A DNA stretch of 64,000 nt, from contig DASXPH010000047.1 in NCBI GenBank assembly GCA_036493735.1, positions 1,619 through 65,618 of the forward strand. Direction: 5' to 3'. The position numbers and the translations under genes are program-made. Source of the DNA: Gemmatimonadaceae bacterium. GTDB lineage: Bacteria; Gemmatimonadota; Gemmatimonadetes; Gemmatimonadales; Gemmatimonadaceae. Under the pieces are notes generated by a model. The model was not told the DNA's origin, ran no database searches, and saw only the letters and a list, made by a program, of their open reading frames with translations. Positions 45,711 to 55,533 of the stretch are shown here, one piece after another; positions within the stretch are counted from its first letter, which is position 1; every line of letters starts with the position of its first letter.

Positions 45711-47240
45711 TCAGAGCGCGCGAATGGACAGCGCGTGGTGGAACACGTTACGTGGATCCCACCGCGCCTTCGCACGCTGCAAGCGCTCGTAGCTCCTCTG
45801 GTAGTACAGCACCGGCCATGCTACGCGCGAGGTGTTGAGAGTCGAATCCGCATGATCGGTGTCGGGATGATTGATGAGGCTACCAGCATATCGATCTCCC
45901 GGCACCGGAACGCCACCCGTGTCGGCGAAGAGGTCGCGGTAGAATGCGCGTACCCAGGCGAGGTTCTGAGTCTGCTCACGCGAATCGAGCCAGCCGGCGT
46001 TGCACGCCATGTCGAGAATCGCGTTGCGCGCGGCGGAAGCCGTCGTGTCCGGAGCGACGGTGTTGATCCGGCCGCCGTAGGTTGCCAGGCCGAACACGCC
46101 CCCCGGCGCCTGGTACTCGCTGCTCGTCAGGTAATCGTAGGCGACGCCGACCTGGCGGTCGGTGAGGCGTTTCGTCAGCAATGCGTCCTTCACCTTCACG
46201 TTGACGCCTCCTGGTGGCATCCCGAACAGCTCGGGGAAGGGGTCGAGCGCGAAATCGAGCCAGCCGACGCGGGCTCGCGTCCGCGGTCGCGGCGGCGCAA
46301 TGCCACTGCCTAACGCGGCAAGGTGTGCGTCGATCTGGCGCTCGGCACTCGCACCGGCTGTGCTGAGCCCACGAACGAAGATCTTCCCGAACTCTCGGCG
46401 ATGCACCTCGAGCAGCGTCGACAGCGACGCGTCTGGCGAGTCGGCACCGCTATTCTCCTCGCACCAGCGACCGTGATTCGTCAGCAGACGCGCGAACGAG
46501 TGGCGGTCGATGTCTTTCCAGTCCCACTCGACCTCGAACGTCGTGACCGACTCTGGTGCCGGCGGGAGGAATCGAGCGGGATCGTCGCCAGACGAGCCGG
46601 GGTCGCGGAACCAGTACTTGGTGACGATGCCGAAGTTGCCGCCACCGCCGCCTGTGTGCGCCCACCAGAGCTCGCGATTCGGATCGGATGACTCGCGCGT
46701 CGCGACGACACCCTGCGCGCGCCCCCTTGCGTCGACCGTCACGACCTCGACGGCGTAGAGATAGTCGGCGGCGAGGCCGAGCTGTCGGCAGAGAAACCCG
46801 AATGCCCCGCCGACAACGTGGCCGCCCATGCCGATGTGCGGATACTCGCCTAACGGGACGACGACGCCCCAGTTCCCGAATAGAGCCTGAAAGGTCTCGC
46901 CAACCGTTGCGCCGCCCTCGACGGCAACGGCGCGCATCGACTCGTCGAACCAGATCCGCTTCATCGGCGAGACGTCGATGATGACGCGGACGTCGGGATC
47001 GGAGACGAACCCCTCGAGACAGTGGCCGCCGCTCGTGACGACGATGCGCTGTCCCTCACGGACTGCGTCCTCGACGGCGACAATGACCTCTTCCGTCGAA
47101 TGGGCCAGTCGAACGTACTCGGGCCGGGCACGAAAGCGCTTGTTGAATTGCTTGTCGACGACGGCCTGGTACCGATCGTCGCCGGCCTTGATTCGCGGCA
47201 GCTCAGCGTGAGATTCGTGGGGCGTCTGTCCGATGGTCAT
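45711..47240 (-). CDS. FAD-linked oxidase with a berberine-bridge-enzyme-like C-terminus
   Basis: 509 aa. It has a PCMH-type FAD-binding N-terminal region (VVTSGGHCLEGF) and the C-terminal YERLQRAKARWDPRNVFHHALSI. Confidence 0.85.
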   Translation of the reverse strand: MTIGQTPHESHAELPRIKAGDDRYQAVVDKQFNKRFRARPEYVRLAHSTEEVIVAVEDAVREGQRIVVTSGGHCLEGFVSDPDVRVIIDVSPMKRIWFDESMRAVAVEGGATVGETFQALFGNWGVVVPLGEYPHIGMGGHVVGGAFGFLCRQLGLAADYLYAVEVVTVDARGRAQGVVATRESSDPNRELWWAHTGGGGGNFGIVTKYWFRDPGSSGDDPARFLPPAPESVTTFEVEWDWKDIDRHSFARLLTNHGRWCEENSGADSPDASLSTLLEVHRREFGKIFVRGLSTAGASAERQIDAHLAALGSGIAPPRPRTRARVGWLDFALDPFPELFGMPPGGVNVKVKDALLTKRLTDRQVGVAYDYLTSSEYQAPGGVFGLATYGGRINTVAPDTTASAARNAILDMACNAGWLDSREQTQNLAWVRAFYRDLFADTGGVPVPGDRYAGSLINHPDTDHADSTLNTSRVAWPVLYYQRSYERLQRAKARWDPRNVFHHALSIRAL

Positions 47241-47259
47241 GGGTCTCCCGCGCTCGAAG

Positions 47260-48126
47260 ATGCATCCTAATCACGTCGAACGAACGCCGCGAAAATTGAC
47301 ACGCGGAGCTCGGTTCATCGTCGCCGCGGCGCTATGCGTCGGCGCGGCCCCACCTGGTGCTCGAGCGCCAGCGTTTCGCGCGATCGCCTTCTTCACCGCC
47401 AGGGAAGACAAGGCGCACATCAGCTTCGTTCACGAAGCCGTGCGCTGGTTCCCCGAGGTCGCGGCGCAGTACCACTTCCAGTTCGACACCACCTCGGATT
47501 GGCGCAACCTCAACGGGCGCTTTCTCTCAGACTATCAGGTCGTTGTCTTTCTCGACACGCGTCCCGAAGAGCCGGCACAGCGCGCGGCGTTTCAGTCGTA
47601 CATGGAGCGGGGCGGAGGATGGATGGGATTTCACTTCGCCGGCTTCGCGCTCACGCCGTCCGCAGTGCCGGCGAACTGGGATTGGTACCATGACCATTTC
47701 CTCGGTGCCGGCTCCTACGTCAGCAACACGTGGCGGCCGACGTCGGCGCTACTGCGTGTGGAGGATCGCACACATCCAGCAACGGCGCGTTTGCCAGCGA
47801 CCTTTCGTTCGTCTCCCAGCGAATGGTATCGCTGGGAGAGAGACCTCCGGCAGAATCCGGACATCGACATTCTCGCCTCGATCGACTCGACGAGCTTCCC
47901 GCTCGGTACAGGCCCGAAGTCGGAGGAAATCTGGCACAGCGGCTACTACCCGGCCGTGTGGACGAACCGGAAGTACCGGATGATCTATTTCAACATGGGC
48001 CACAACGACATCGATTACGAGCACAAGTACGACACGACGAATCGCACGTTGTCGCACACGCTGAACAATCCGGTTCAGGATCGGCTCATCATCGATGCGC
48101 TATTGTGGCTTGGCGGAATGAAGTAG
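47260..48126 (+). CDS. ThuA-like domain protein, secreted
   Basis: ATG at 47260 avoids overlap with the oxidase. It has ERGGGWMGFHFAG and RTHPAT..SEWYRW segments. Confidence 0.7.
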   Translation: MHPNHVERTPRKLTRGARFIVAAALCVGAAPPGARAPAFRAIAFFTAREDKAHISFVHEAVRWFPEVAAQYHFQFDTTSDWRNLNGRFLSDYQVVVFLDTRPEEPAQRAAFQSYMERGGGWMGFHFAGFALTPSAVPANWDWYHDHFLGAGSYVSNTWRPTSALLRVEDRTHPATARLPATFRSSPSEWYRWERDLRQNPDIDILASIDSTSFPLGTGPKSEEIWHSGYYPAVWTNRKYRMIYFNMGHNDIDYEHKYDTTNRTLSHTLNNPVQDRLIIDALLWLGGMK

Positions 48127-48138
48127 CGCTCGCCGGAG

Positions 48139-48840
48139 TTACGGAGTGGGCGCGAGCGCTTTGACCGCCGCGTCGTCCACCCGGAACCAGAGCGTGTACT
48201 CGTTCTTCACGCCGTCCGCCTCGAATGGAATGACGATGGCAAAGCGACGGCCGACGTGAGAGCGCACGGCGGTCGAGAACGAGTCGGGGGGAGCCGAAGC
48301 TGGTTCGCCCTGCTGCGAGATCGTAAATGCCGGAACGAGAAGCGGGCCGTTCTGATACCCGCCGGTTAGATGAGCAGTCGCCTGTCGATACCAGACGCGA
48401 TTCGTGGGGAACAGATCATCGGCGAGACGCTGATGCGCCGGGATGACCGTCGGCGGCTGCGAGGAGTTTCGATCGGCGTACTTGACGCCCACGTGCATGA
48501 TGCGCGACAACGTCCCATCGACGTCGATGAAGCTGGCCTCGTCCCAGATCACCTTGATCGACTGATCGGTCTTGTTCTGCACCCTGATGCGGACCGCGGT
48601 TGGCAACACCCCGACCTGGGCGGCGATCAACCCATCCTCGAACTTGAACCGAGACGAATCGCCGGAAGTAATCGCCGCGATCGCGCCGTACCGCTGCTTG
48701 GTTGTCGGCGTTCGCGCCACTTCGGCGAGTGAGGCGTTATACCTGGCGGCGTACAGCTGTTGGTGCGCGATTCTCCCCGCGCACGCGCTGAGGCCGGCCG
48801 CGACTCCGCCGGCAATGGCAAGGGAGCTACGGATTCGCAT
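48139..48840 (-). CDS. Hypothetical lipoprotein
   Basis: 233 aa with lipobox GLSAC. Confidence 0.55.
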   Translation of the reverse strand: MRIRSSLAIAGGVAAGLSACAGRIAHQQLYAARYNASLAEVARTPTTKQRYGAIAAITSGDSSRFKFEDGLIAAQVGVLPTAVRIRVQNKTDQSIKVIWDEASFIDVDGTLSRIMHVGVKYADRNSSQPPTVIPAHQRLADDLFPTNRVWYRQATAHLTGGYQNGPLLVPAFTISQQGEPASAPPDSFSTAVRSHVGRRFAIVIPFEADGVKNEYTLWFRVDDAAVKALAPTP

Positions 48841-48981
48841 CGGAGCTTTCTCGATCAGGGTCGGACCTCAAGGACAGTCAGCGGTCAACGTGTCAGCCTT
48901 CTCTAACACGGCCGGCCGACGCACCTCTACGACGAACGAGATCCTTGCCGCGCCACACTCCCTGATCGTTACATTAGCCCG

Positions 48982-49542
48982 ATGGAGCTGACGATCCGGC
49001 CGCTGACGCCCGACCTCTGGCCCGCGCTCGAGGAGCTGTTCGGTCCACTCGGCGCGTGCAACGGCTGCTGGTGCATGTACTGCCGGATCGGCGCCGAGTA
49101 CAAGAAGCGACCGCGCTCGAAGAACAAGGCCGACTTCCGCGAGATCGTTAGGCATGGACCGCCGCCCGGATTGCTCGCGTTCGATGGCGAGCTCGCCGTC
49201 GGCTGGTGCCAGCTCACGCCCCGAGATGCGGTGCCCTGGCTGGATCGGACCTGGCGCCTCAAGCGCGTGGACGATTTGCCCGTCTGGTCGCTTTCGTGCC
49301 TGTACATCCGAATCGGTTACCGCCGGCGGGGCGTCTCGACGGCGCTCGTGAGGGAAGCGTTGCGTGTCGCGAAGCGGGCGAAAGCGCCGGCACTCGAGGC
49401 GTATCCCTTCGACGCCGAGCTGTCGCCGAGCTCCACCAGCACCGGCTTTGCGTCGACGTTCACGAAGCTCGGATTCAAGGTCGTCGCGCGGCGCATTCCG
49501 GCGCGGCCGATCATGCGTCACGACCTGAAGAAGATCACCTGA
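48982..49542 (+). CDS. GNAT-family N-acetyltransferase
   Basis: 186 aa with a YIRIGYRRRGVSTALVREAL acetyl-CoA-binding motif. Confidence 0.75.
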   Translation: MELTIRPLTPDLWPALEELFGPLGACNGCWCMYCRIGAEYKKRPRSKNKADFREIVRHGPPPGLLAFDGELAVGWCQLTPRDAVPWLDRTWRLKRVDDLPVWSLSCLYIRIGYRRRGVSTALVREALRVAKRAKAPALEAYPFDAELSPSSTSTGFASTFTKLGFKVVARRIPARPIMRHDLKKIT

Positions 49543-49807
49543 TAGGCAAGAGCGGCGCCGTTCGACGGATCCAGATGAGTGCCGTGCCTAACGTCACAGA
49601 TGACGCGCCTACATTGCGCATCACGAGGCGCAGGGGCGTGTTGTCCGAGGCGTTCCCGGTCGAAAGTGCCCGCGCACGCGCCGTCACTCGTGCATGGTGA
49701 CGCAAGCCACGGTGAGACTGTTTTTATTTCTTAACTTCTCTGGGCACGCCGCAAGTTGCACGACGTTCTGGCGAAATACGGATTCACTCACCGACTGTTC
49801 GAGGTTT

Positions 49808-50239
49808 ATGACCACACGTGCGATGATTCCTGCCGGTCTCGCTCAGCGCGCGGAGCCGGAGACGTTCCGCGCCCGTAGCGTATCGGCGGCGCTGTTCGTG
49901 AAAGACATACAGAAGAGCCTCGTCTGGTACCGTGACAAGGTCGGCTTCTTCGTCGATCAGCAGATCCAACGCGGCGGCAAGCTGAACGCCGTTGCGCTGA
50001 AGGCCGGTGATGTGCGAATTGTCATCACCCAGGACGACGGCGGCACCGGGTGGGATCGCGTGAAGGGCGCCGGGTTCGCCTTGCAGTTCACGACGGCGCA
50101 GGACCTCGACGGGCTTGCGGAAGCCATCAAGCAGCGCGGCGGCTATATCGACTCACCGCCAAAGGTCGTGGGCGGAACGCGCGTACTCCAACTGAAAGAT
50201 CCGGATGGATTCAAGCTTCTGATCTCGGCGGCCGGCTAG
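49808..50239 (+). CDS. VOC (glyoxalase/bleomycin-resistance) family protein
   Basis: ATG at 49808. It contains LFVKDIQKSLVWYRDKVGF...LKDPDGFKLLI. Confidence 0.75.
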   Translation: MTTRAMIPAGLAQRAEPETFRARSVSAALFVKDIQKSLVWYRDKVGFFVDQQIQRGGKLNAVALKAGDVRIVITQDDGGTGWDRVKGAGFALQFTTAQDLDGLAEAIKQRGGYIDSPPKVVGGTRVLQLKDPDGFKLLISAAG

Positions 50240-50242
50240 AAC

Positions 50243-50298
50243 GCGTTGCGCGTTGCGGGTCGAGCGTTGAGCGTGGCGCCCAACGCCCAACGCTCAGC
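50243..50298. terminator. Heptad-periodic imperfect hairpin between convergent genes
   Basis: The element reads GCGTTGC GCGTTGC GGGTCGA GCGTTGA GCGTGGC GCCCAAC GCCCAAC GCTCAGC. GAGCGTTG pairs with CAACGCTC. Confidence 0.6.
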
Positions 50299-50301
50299 CA
50301 A

Positions 50302-52068
50302 TCACTGCTGACATGAGCCGTGCGGATCTGGCTTCGGGTGATCGACCATCACCCGATGATCCAGGTTCGCGACATGGACCGCCACGTCCTCGATGAACGA
50401 CGCGATCCGCGCCATGTGATCGTAGTCGATGTATTCCGGCTCATCCGTCACCTGGTGGTAATCCGAGTGCACGCCCGTCGTGAAGAACACGATCGGGATG
50501 CCGTAGCGCGCGTACGCGTAATGGTCGCTGCGGCAGTAGATGTTCTCCGGATGCCCATTGGCGTCGAATGAATAGTCGAAGACGAGGCCATGCTTGTCCG
50601 CTGTATTCACACGTTCGATGAGATCGCCGAGCTCTGTGGAGAGGCGCCGCGAACCGACGAGCATCAGCAAACGCGAATTGCCGTGGAGTGGCTTTCCGTC
50701 CTTATCGTCGCCGATCTGGTCCCACGCGTCGCCCCGGCCAACCATGTCCATGTTGAGCTGCGCGACAATCGAATCGCGCGGCACCGTGGGATGATCGGTG
50801 AAGTACATCGAGCCGAGCAGACCTTTCTCCTCGCCGACGTGAAAGACGAACAGCATCGATCGCTTTGGCGCCGGCCTGACCGCGGCCAGGCGCTCCGCGA
50901 TCTCGAGAACCGTCACCGTGCCACTGCCATCGTCGTCCGCGCCATTGTAGATCGAATCGAGACGGGTTTCGCCGGGGTGCGCGGCGCGCCACGCCGCGAG
51001 CTGCTTGTTCACCTCGAGCTGCTGTTCCGGCGTCGCGTGGGCGGCTGCTTGCTCGGCGCCGCCGGGCCTGACGATATGGTTGTAGATGCGAACCGAGTCG
51101 TGATCCGCCGGCGCGTGGTTGAGGCCGACGTGGTCCGTGTGCGCGCCGATCGCGACGTACTGGCCCCGCAACTTCGGATCGCTGCCGGGGAGAAGCGCGA
51201 TGACGTTGCGCGCTGGAAAGGGCATCGGACCCGTGTGCACGTGGATCTCGATGTCCGCGGGCTTGCTCACTGTGCCGACGGCAATCGTGCCTAACGGTGC
51301 ACCGAAGATCTGCGACGCGGCGCTGTCGGTAAGATAGACAAGCGAGCCGAGGGGGCCATTGTTGGCACCGCCGGCATCCAGGATCTGCTGAGGCTCCGTG
51401 AAGAAGGGGAGGAACTGGGTGGGGCCAACGACCATCATGCCGGCGCTCCGCGACGCCACGGCGCCGATTGCGCGCAGACCGCCCTGAAAGTCTGTTGGCG
51501 AGAGGCGGCCGAGGACAACCTTCCCCGCGAGCGAATCCAATCGCATGAAGCTGGAGTCGCCGAGCACCCCGCCGTAGACGATCGGCTGATCGTGACGCAC
51601 GATGTCGGTCGGCGTCGACGCGCCCCATTCTCGCCCGAATGGAAGCTTGGTGTCGCCCGTGGCAATGACCGAGCTGGAATCGATCGAGCGATTCTTGAAT
51701 GGCAGAACCTGGAAATACGTGCCGCTGTCGCCTGCTGGCTTCAGGCCCATTCGCTTCAATTCGGCAGCGATGTACGCCGTCGCTTTCACATTGCCGATGG
51801 CACCGGCATCGCGCCCTTGCATGGAGTCGTCGGCGACGATGTAGAGACGTGTCATCAAGTCGGCGGCGGAGATCGCGGCGCTCGTCGGGCGCGGCTGATG
51901 CGTACGGGGGAGCCGCGTCGCTGGTAGAGGCACCACCGCGGATGCTTGTTCGGCCGGCGCTTGCGCGAGCGTCAGCGACGGAGCGAGAAGGGCGGCCAGG
52001 AACAGCTGGGTCGCGACGCACGGCAGGCGGAGCTTGAACAACTCGAGCAGCATGCGAGCAACGCGCAC
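50302..52068 (-). CDS. M28-family metallopeptidase, paralog B
   Basis: 588 aa. It has the same motif set as paralog A and the same C-terminal ending (HPKPDPHGSCQQ vs APKPDPHGQCRQ). Confidence 0.85.
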   Translation of the reverse strand: MRVARMLLELFKLRLPCVATQLFLAALLAPSLTLAQAPAEQASAVVPLPATRLPRTHQPRPTSAAISAADLMTRLYIVADDSMQGRDAGAIGNVKATAYIAAELKRMGLKPAGDSGTYFQVLPFKNRSIDSSSVIATGDTKLPFGREWGASTPTDIVRHDQPIVYGGVLGDSSFMRLDSLAGKVVLGRLSPTDFQGGLRAIGAVASRSAGMMVVGPTQFLPFFTEPQQILDAGGANNGPLGSLVYLTDSAASQIFGAPLGTIAVGTVSKPADIEIHVHTGPMPFPARNVIALLPGSDPKLRGQYVAIGAHTDHVGLNHAPADHDSVRIYNHIVRPGGAEQAAAHATPEQQLEVNKQLAAWRAAHPGETRLDSIYNGADDDGSGTVTVLEIAERLAAVRPAPKRSMLFVFHVGEEKGLLGSMYFTDHPTVPRDSIVAQLNMDMVGRGDAWDQIGDDKDGKPLHGNSRLLMLVGSRRLSTELGDLIERVNTADKHGLVFDYSFDANGHPENIYCRSDHYAYARYGIPIVFFTTGVHSDYHQVTDEPEYIDYDHMARIASFIEDVAVHVANLDHRVMVDHPKPDPHGSCQQ

Positions 52069-52261
52069 GGTCGGTCTCCATCAGCAGAATGGGAGTTCGA
52101 AGATAGCAGGTAGGCGGGCGGTGCTGCAGCCATGAGACCCCGGACAATGCGCAACGCACTTGACGCTTCTTGCTCGCCGCGCGACGATTCGCGCCGCAAA
52201 GCGGTTCTCCGCGTCCCTCCGCGCACTCCGTGCGCTCCGCATCGTACCCGAGCCGTACCCC

Positions 52262-53908
52262 ATGAAAAGCACCGTACTGGTTTGTCTCTTCGTCCTCGGC
52301 GCCTGCAAGGGCGACATCACCGATAGCCAATCGAATGAGCCGAGCACGACGAACCCTCAGACGGTATCGGTGCTCACCCAGCATAACGACAATACGCGCG
52401 CCGGCTGGAACGCCAGCGAGACCGCGCTGACCACGAGCAGTGTGAATGTCCAGCACTTCGGCAAACTGTTCACGCTGTCGGTCGACGACCAGGTGTACGC
52501 GCAGCCATTGGTGGCCGGAGGGATCACCATTCGCGGCGGGCTACACAACGTGGTGTACGCCGCCACCGTCAACAATTCGATCTACGCGTTCGACGGGGAC
52601 AACGGCAAACTGTACTGGCAGCGGAATTTCACGGCGCCTGGCATGCGTCCGACGCGAAATACCGATCTCGCCGGAGCGTGCGGCGGTACGTACACGGATT
52701 TCATCGGCAACATCGGAATCGTCGGCACGCCGGTGATCGATGGCGCGAAACACACCATCTACTTCGTCACGCGCAGCATCAGCGGCAGCGACAACGCATT
52801 CGTACAGCACCTGCACGCGGTAGACATCGTCACTGGAAGTGAAGTCGCCGGCAGCCCGGTCGTGATTACTGCGACCGCGAACGGCAGCGGTGACGGAAGC
52901 GTCAACAACCTCATCACCTTCGACGCCGAGCGTCAGAACCAGCGGCAGGGGCTGACCCTTCTCAACGGCGTCGTGTACGTGACGTTCTCATCGTATTGCG
53001 ATTGGGGTCCATATCACGGCTGGATCCTCGGCTACGACGCCAAGACGCTCCAGCAGCAGGTCGTCTACAACGCAACGCCCGACGGATCTGCGGGCGGCAT
53101 GTGGGAGAGCGGCGCTGGCATGGCCGCCGATGCTCAAGGCAATCTGTACATAGTAGTCGGCAATGGCACTGTCGGGACCACGAGCGATCCAACGAGTTCG
53201 AGGAATCGCGGAGAGAGCGCTCTCAAGCTGACCCGCAGCGGCGCGACCCTTCAGGTGGCCAGCTACTTCACTCCGAGCAATTACCAACAGCTCAACGACG
53301 GCGACCTGGATTATGGCGGCCCCGGTGCGTTTCTGATACCCAATTCGAGCTATTACTTCACGGGCGCCAAGGATGGCACCCTCTACCTGCTGAACAAGGA
53401 CGCGATGGGTGGCTATCAGTCGTCAGGCAACGCCGTTCAGCAAACCGTATCGTTAGGCTCCTCCGTCAACCTGCATTGCCAGCCTGCGTACTACAAGGGC
53501 GCAACGAAGGAGTTCGTCTACGTCTGGTCCGAGAACGATGCGTTGCGCGCGATCCCGTTCGATCGCGGCAGCAGCATGTTGGACGAGGCTGGTCAGGTCA
53601 CGATGGCTTCCGGCGGGCCCACGGGGCTCAGCGGTGCGCTGCTGTCGGTTTCATCGAACGGAAGCGTGGACGGCACCGGCATCGTCTGGGCATCGCACTC
53701 CTATGGTGGCGATGCGGGGCACGCCGTCGCCGATGGCATCCTTCGCGCCTTCGATGCCAGTGACGTCACGAAGGAGATCTGGAACAATCGGCAGACGGCG
53801 CCGGACGCGGCGGGAAAGTTCGCGAAGTTCGCCCCGCCGACCATCGCCAACGGCCACGTCTACCTGCCGACGTTCTCCAATCAGATCGCGGTCTACGGAC
53901 TGCGCTGA
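52262..53908 (+). CDS. PQQ-like beta-propeller repeat lipoprotein
   Basis: ATG at 52262 (MKSTVLVCLFVLGAC). It has repeated ..VYAQPLV..VVYAATVNNSIYAFDGDNGKLYWQ.. blades. Confidence 0.7.
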   Translation: MKSTVLVCLFVLGACKGDITDSQSNEPSTTNPQTVSVLTQHNDNTRAGWNASETALTTSSVNVQHFGKLFTLSVDDQVYAQPLVAGGITIRGGLHNVVYAATVNNSIYAFDGDNGKLYWQRNFTAPGMRPTRNTDLAGACGGTYTDFIGNIGIVGTPVIDGAKHTIYFVTRSISGSDNAFVQHLHAVDIVTGSEVAGSPVVITATANGSGDGSVNNLITFDAERQNQRQGLTLLNGVVYVTFSSYCDWGPYHGWILGYDAKTLQQQVVYNATPDGSAGGMWESGAGMAADAQGNLYIVVGNGTVGTTSDPTSSRNRGESALKLTRSGATLQVASYFTPSNYQQLNDGDLDYGGPGAFLIPNSSYYFTGAKDGTLYLLNKDAMGGYQSSGNAVQQTVSLGSSVNLHCQPAYYKGATKEFVYVWSENDALRAIPFDRGSSMLDEAGQVTMASGGPTGLSGALLSVSSNGSVDGTGIVWASHSYGGDAGHAVADGILRAFDASDVTKEIWNNRQTAPDAAGKFAKFAPPTIANGHVYLPTFSNQIAVYGLR

Positions 53909-54035
53909 CTCGAGGGCTAGGGTGGCGAAGGTTCTGACCGCCCGGGCTGCATCGCGATCCTTTGTGGTGCAACAAAGAATCAACGCGGGCAACCTGCCCT
54001 CCGCACCGATCGCTTGACTTTCATCGTGAATAGTT

Positions 54036-54060
54036 GAATTTTGAACGCGTTCAAAAATTC
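54036..54060. promoter_or_regulatory. AT-rich near-perfect palindrome 18 nt upstream of the membrane-protein/DCC/TetR operon; candidate TetR operator
   Basis: GAATTTTGAACG|CGTTCAAAAATTC, with one extra A in the right arm. TTGACT at 54014-54019 could be a -35 element. Confidence 0.5.
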
Positions 54061-54078
54061 TCCCACAGCGAGCGATCC

Positions 54079-54492
54079 ATGGACATCATCGTCACGACGT
54101 ACCTCATCTACCTCGGCCTCAGCATCGTCATCACCATCTGGGTGGCGCGGGCCCTCTTCAAGAACGGCTTGATCTTCCTCGTCGACGTGTTTGCTGGAAA
54201 CGAGGCGCTCGCCAGCTCGGTAAATCACCTGCTCGTAGTGGGCTTCTACCTCATCAACCTCGGCTTCGTGGCGCTGGCGCTGCGAATAGCGACGCCGGTT
54301 CCCGACGCACGCACGAGCATCGAGGCGCTCGCCTCCAAGATCGGAACGGTGCTCCTCGTGCTCGGCACGATGCACTTCTTCAACTTGTACGTCTTCAGCC
54401 GCTTGCGTCGAAATGCGAGGCTCGAGCTCGCGCCACCGCCAGTCGAGCCGGATGCGTGCACCGCCGTGCGGGCGGCCGCGGCTCATGCGTGA
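54079..54492 (+). CDS. Hypothetical 4-TM membrane protein
   Basis: ATG at 54079 (MDIIVTTYLIYLGLSIVITIWV). Confidence 0.55.
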   Translation: MDIIVTTYLIYLGLSIVITIWVARALFKNGLIFLVDVFAGNEALASSVNHLLVVGFYLINLGFVALALRIATPVPDARTSIEALASKIGTVLLVLGTMHFFNLYVFSRLRRNARLELAPPPVEPDACTAVRAAAAHA

Positions 54493-54859
54493 CCTGACCG
54501 TCCTCTACGACGCGACATGCGCGCTCTGCGTCGACGCGCGGAGGTGGCTCGAGGCGCAGCCGAAGTTCGTACGACTGCGCTTCCTGCCAGCTGGTTCGCC
54601 CGGCGCTGCCGCACGGTTTCCGGAGTTGAACCCAGCCGACACGCTGCGCGACATCACCGTCGTCGACGACGCGGGGAACGTATATCGCGGCCCCAAGGCA
54701 TGGGCGATGTGCTTATGGGCGACACGGAGCTACCGCGGCTGGTCACAGCGCCTCACCAGTCCCGAGCTGTGGCCGATGGCAAAGCGTATGATTGCGTGGG
54801 TCTCGCGGAATCGAGGTTCACTGGCGCCAGCGGGTGGCTGGGCGCTTCGGAGGTTGTGA
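54485..54859 (+). CDS. DCC-family thiol-disulfide oxidoreductase (DUF393)
   Basis: ATG at 54485 overlaps the upstream stop (ATGCGTGA). It has the YDATCALCVDARRWL motif. Confidence 0.75.
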   Translation: MRDLTVLYDATCALCVDARRWLEAQPKFVRLRFLPAGSPGAAARFPELNPADTLRDITVVDDAGNVYRGPKAWAMCLWATRSYRGWSQRLTSPELWPMAKRMIAWVSRNRGSLAPAGGWALRRL

Positions 54860-55530
54860 TGGAGGTGACGAAGACGCGCAAGAGCGACGAGACTCGCGCG
54901 CGGATTCTCGAAGCGGCTCTGTCGTTGTTCCTCGAGCGCGGGTATCAGGAGACCACGATGCGCGCGATCGCGGATCGCGCCGGAGTCGCCGTCGGCAACG
55001 CCTACTACTACTTCGAGTCGAAGGAGCAGCTCATCCAGGCGTTTTATGCGCGCACGCATGCCGAACACGTCATCGCGAGCCGCGACGTGTTGGCGAATGC
55101 GAAGTCGTTCGCTGAACGATTGCGCGGCTTGATGCGCGCGAAGATCGAGACCATCGAACCCTATCACAGGTTTTCCGGCATACTCTTTCGCACCGCGGCG
55201 GATCCCGAGAGCCCGCTGCATCCGCTCAGTCCGGAGTCCGCGCCCGTGCGCGAGGAGGCGATTGCAATCTTCGCCGAGGCACTAGACGGATCGACCTTGC
55301 GCATTCCCTCCGATCTCCGCGCCGAGCTGCCACGCCTGCTCTGGCTTTACCACATGGGCATCGTGCTCTTCTGGATTCACGACAGCTCGCCCGAGCGTGT
55401 GCGCACGCGCCGACTCGTGGACGGCACGGTCAGCATAATCGCGAGTCTCGTGAGTCTTTCCGGCAATCCGCTGCTCCGGCCACTGCGCAAGCGCGCGCTT
55501 CGACTTCTTCGAGAGACGATGACGGAGTAA
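54859..55530 (+). CDS. TetR/AcrR-family transcriptional regulator
   Basis: ATG at 54859 overlaps the DCC stop (TGATG). The HTH is TRARILEAALSLFLERGYQETTMRAIADRAGVAVGNAYYYF. Confidence 0.9.
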   Translation: MEVTKTRKSDETRARILEAALSLFLERGYQETTMRAIADRAGVAVGNAYYYFESKEQLIQAFYARTHAEHVIASRDVLANAKSFAERLRGLMRAKIETIEPYHRFSGILFRTAADPESPLHPLSPESAPVREEAIAIFAEALDGSTLRIPSDLRAELPRLLWLYHMGIVLFWIHDSSPERVRTRRLVDGTVSIIASLVSLSGNPLLRPLRKRALRLLRETMTE

Positions 55531-55533
55531 AAC

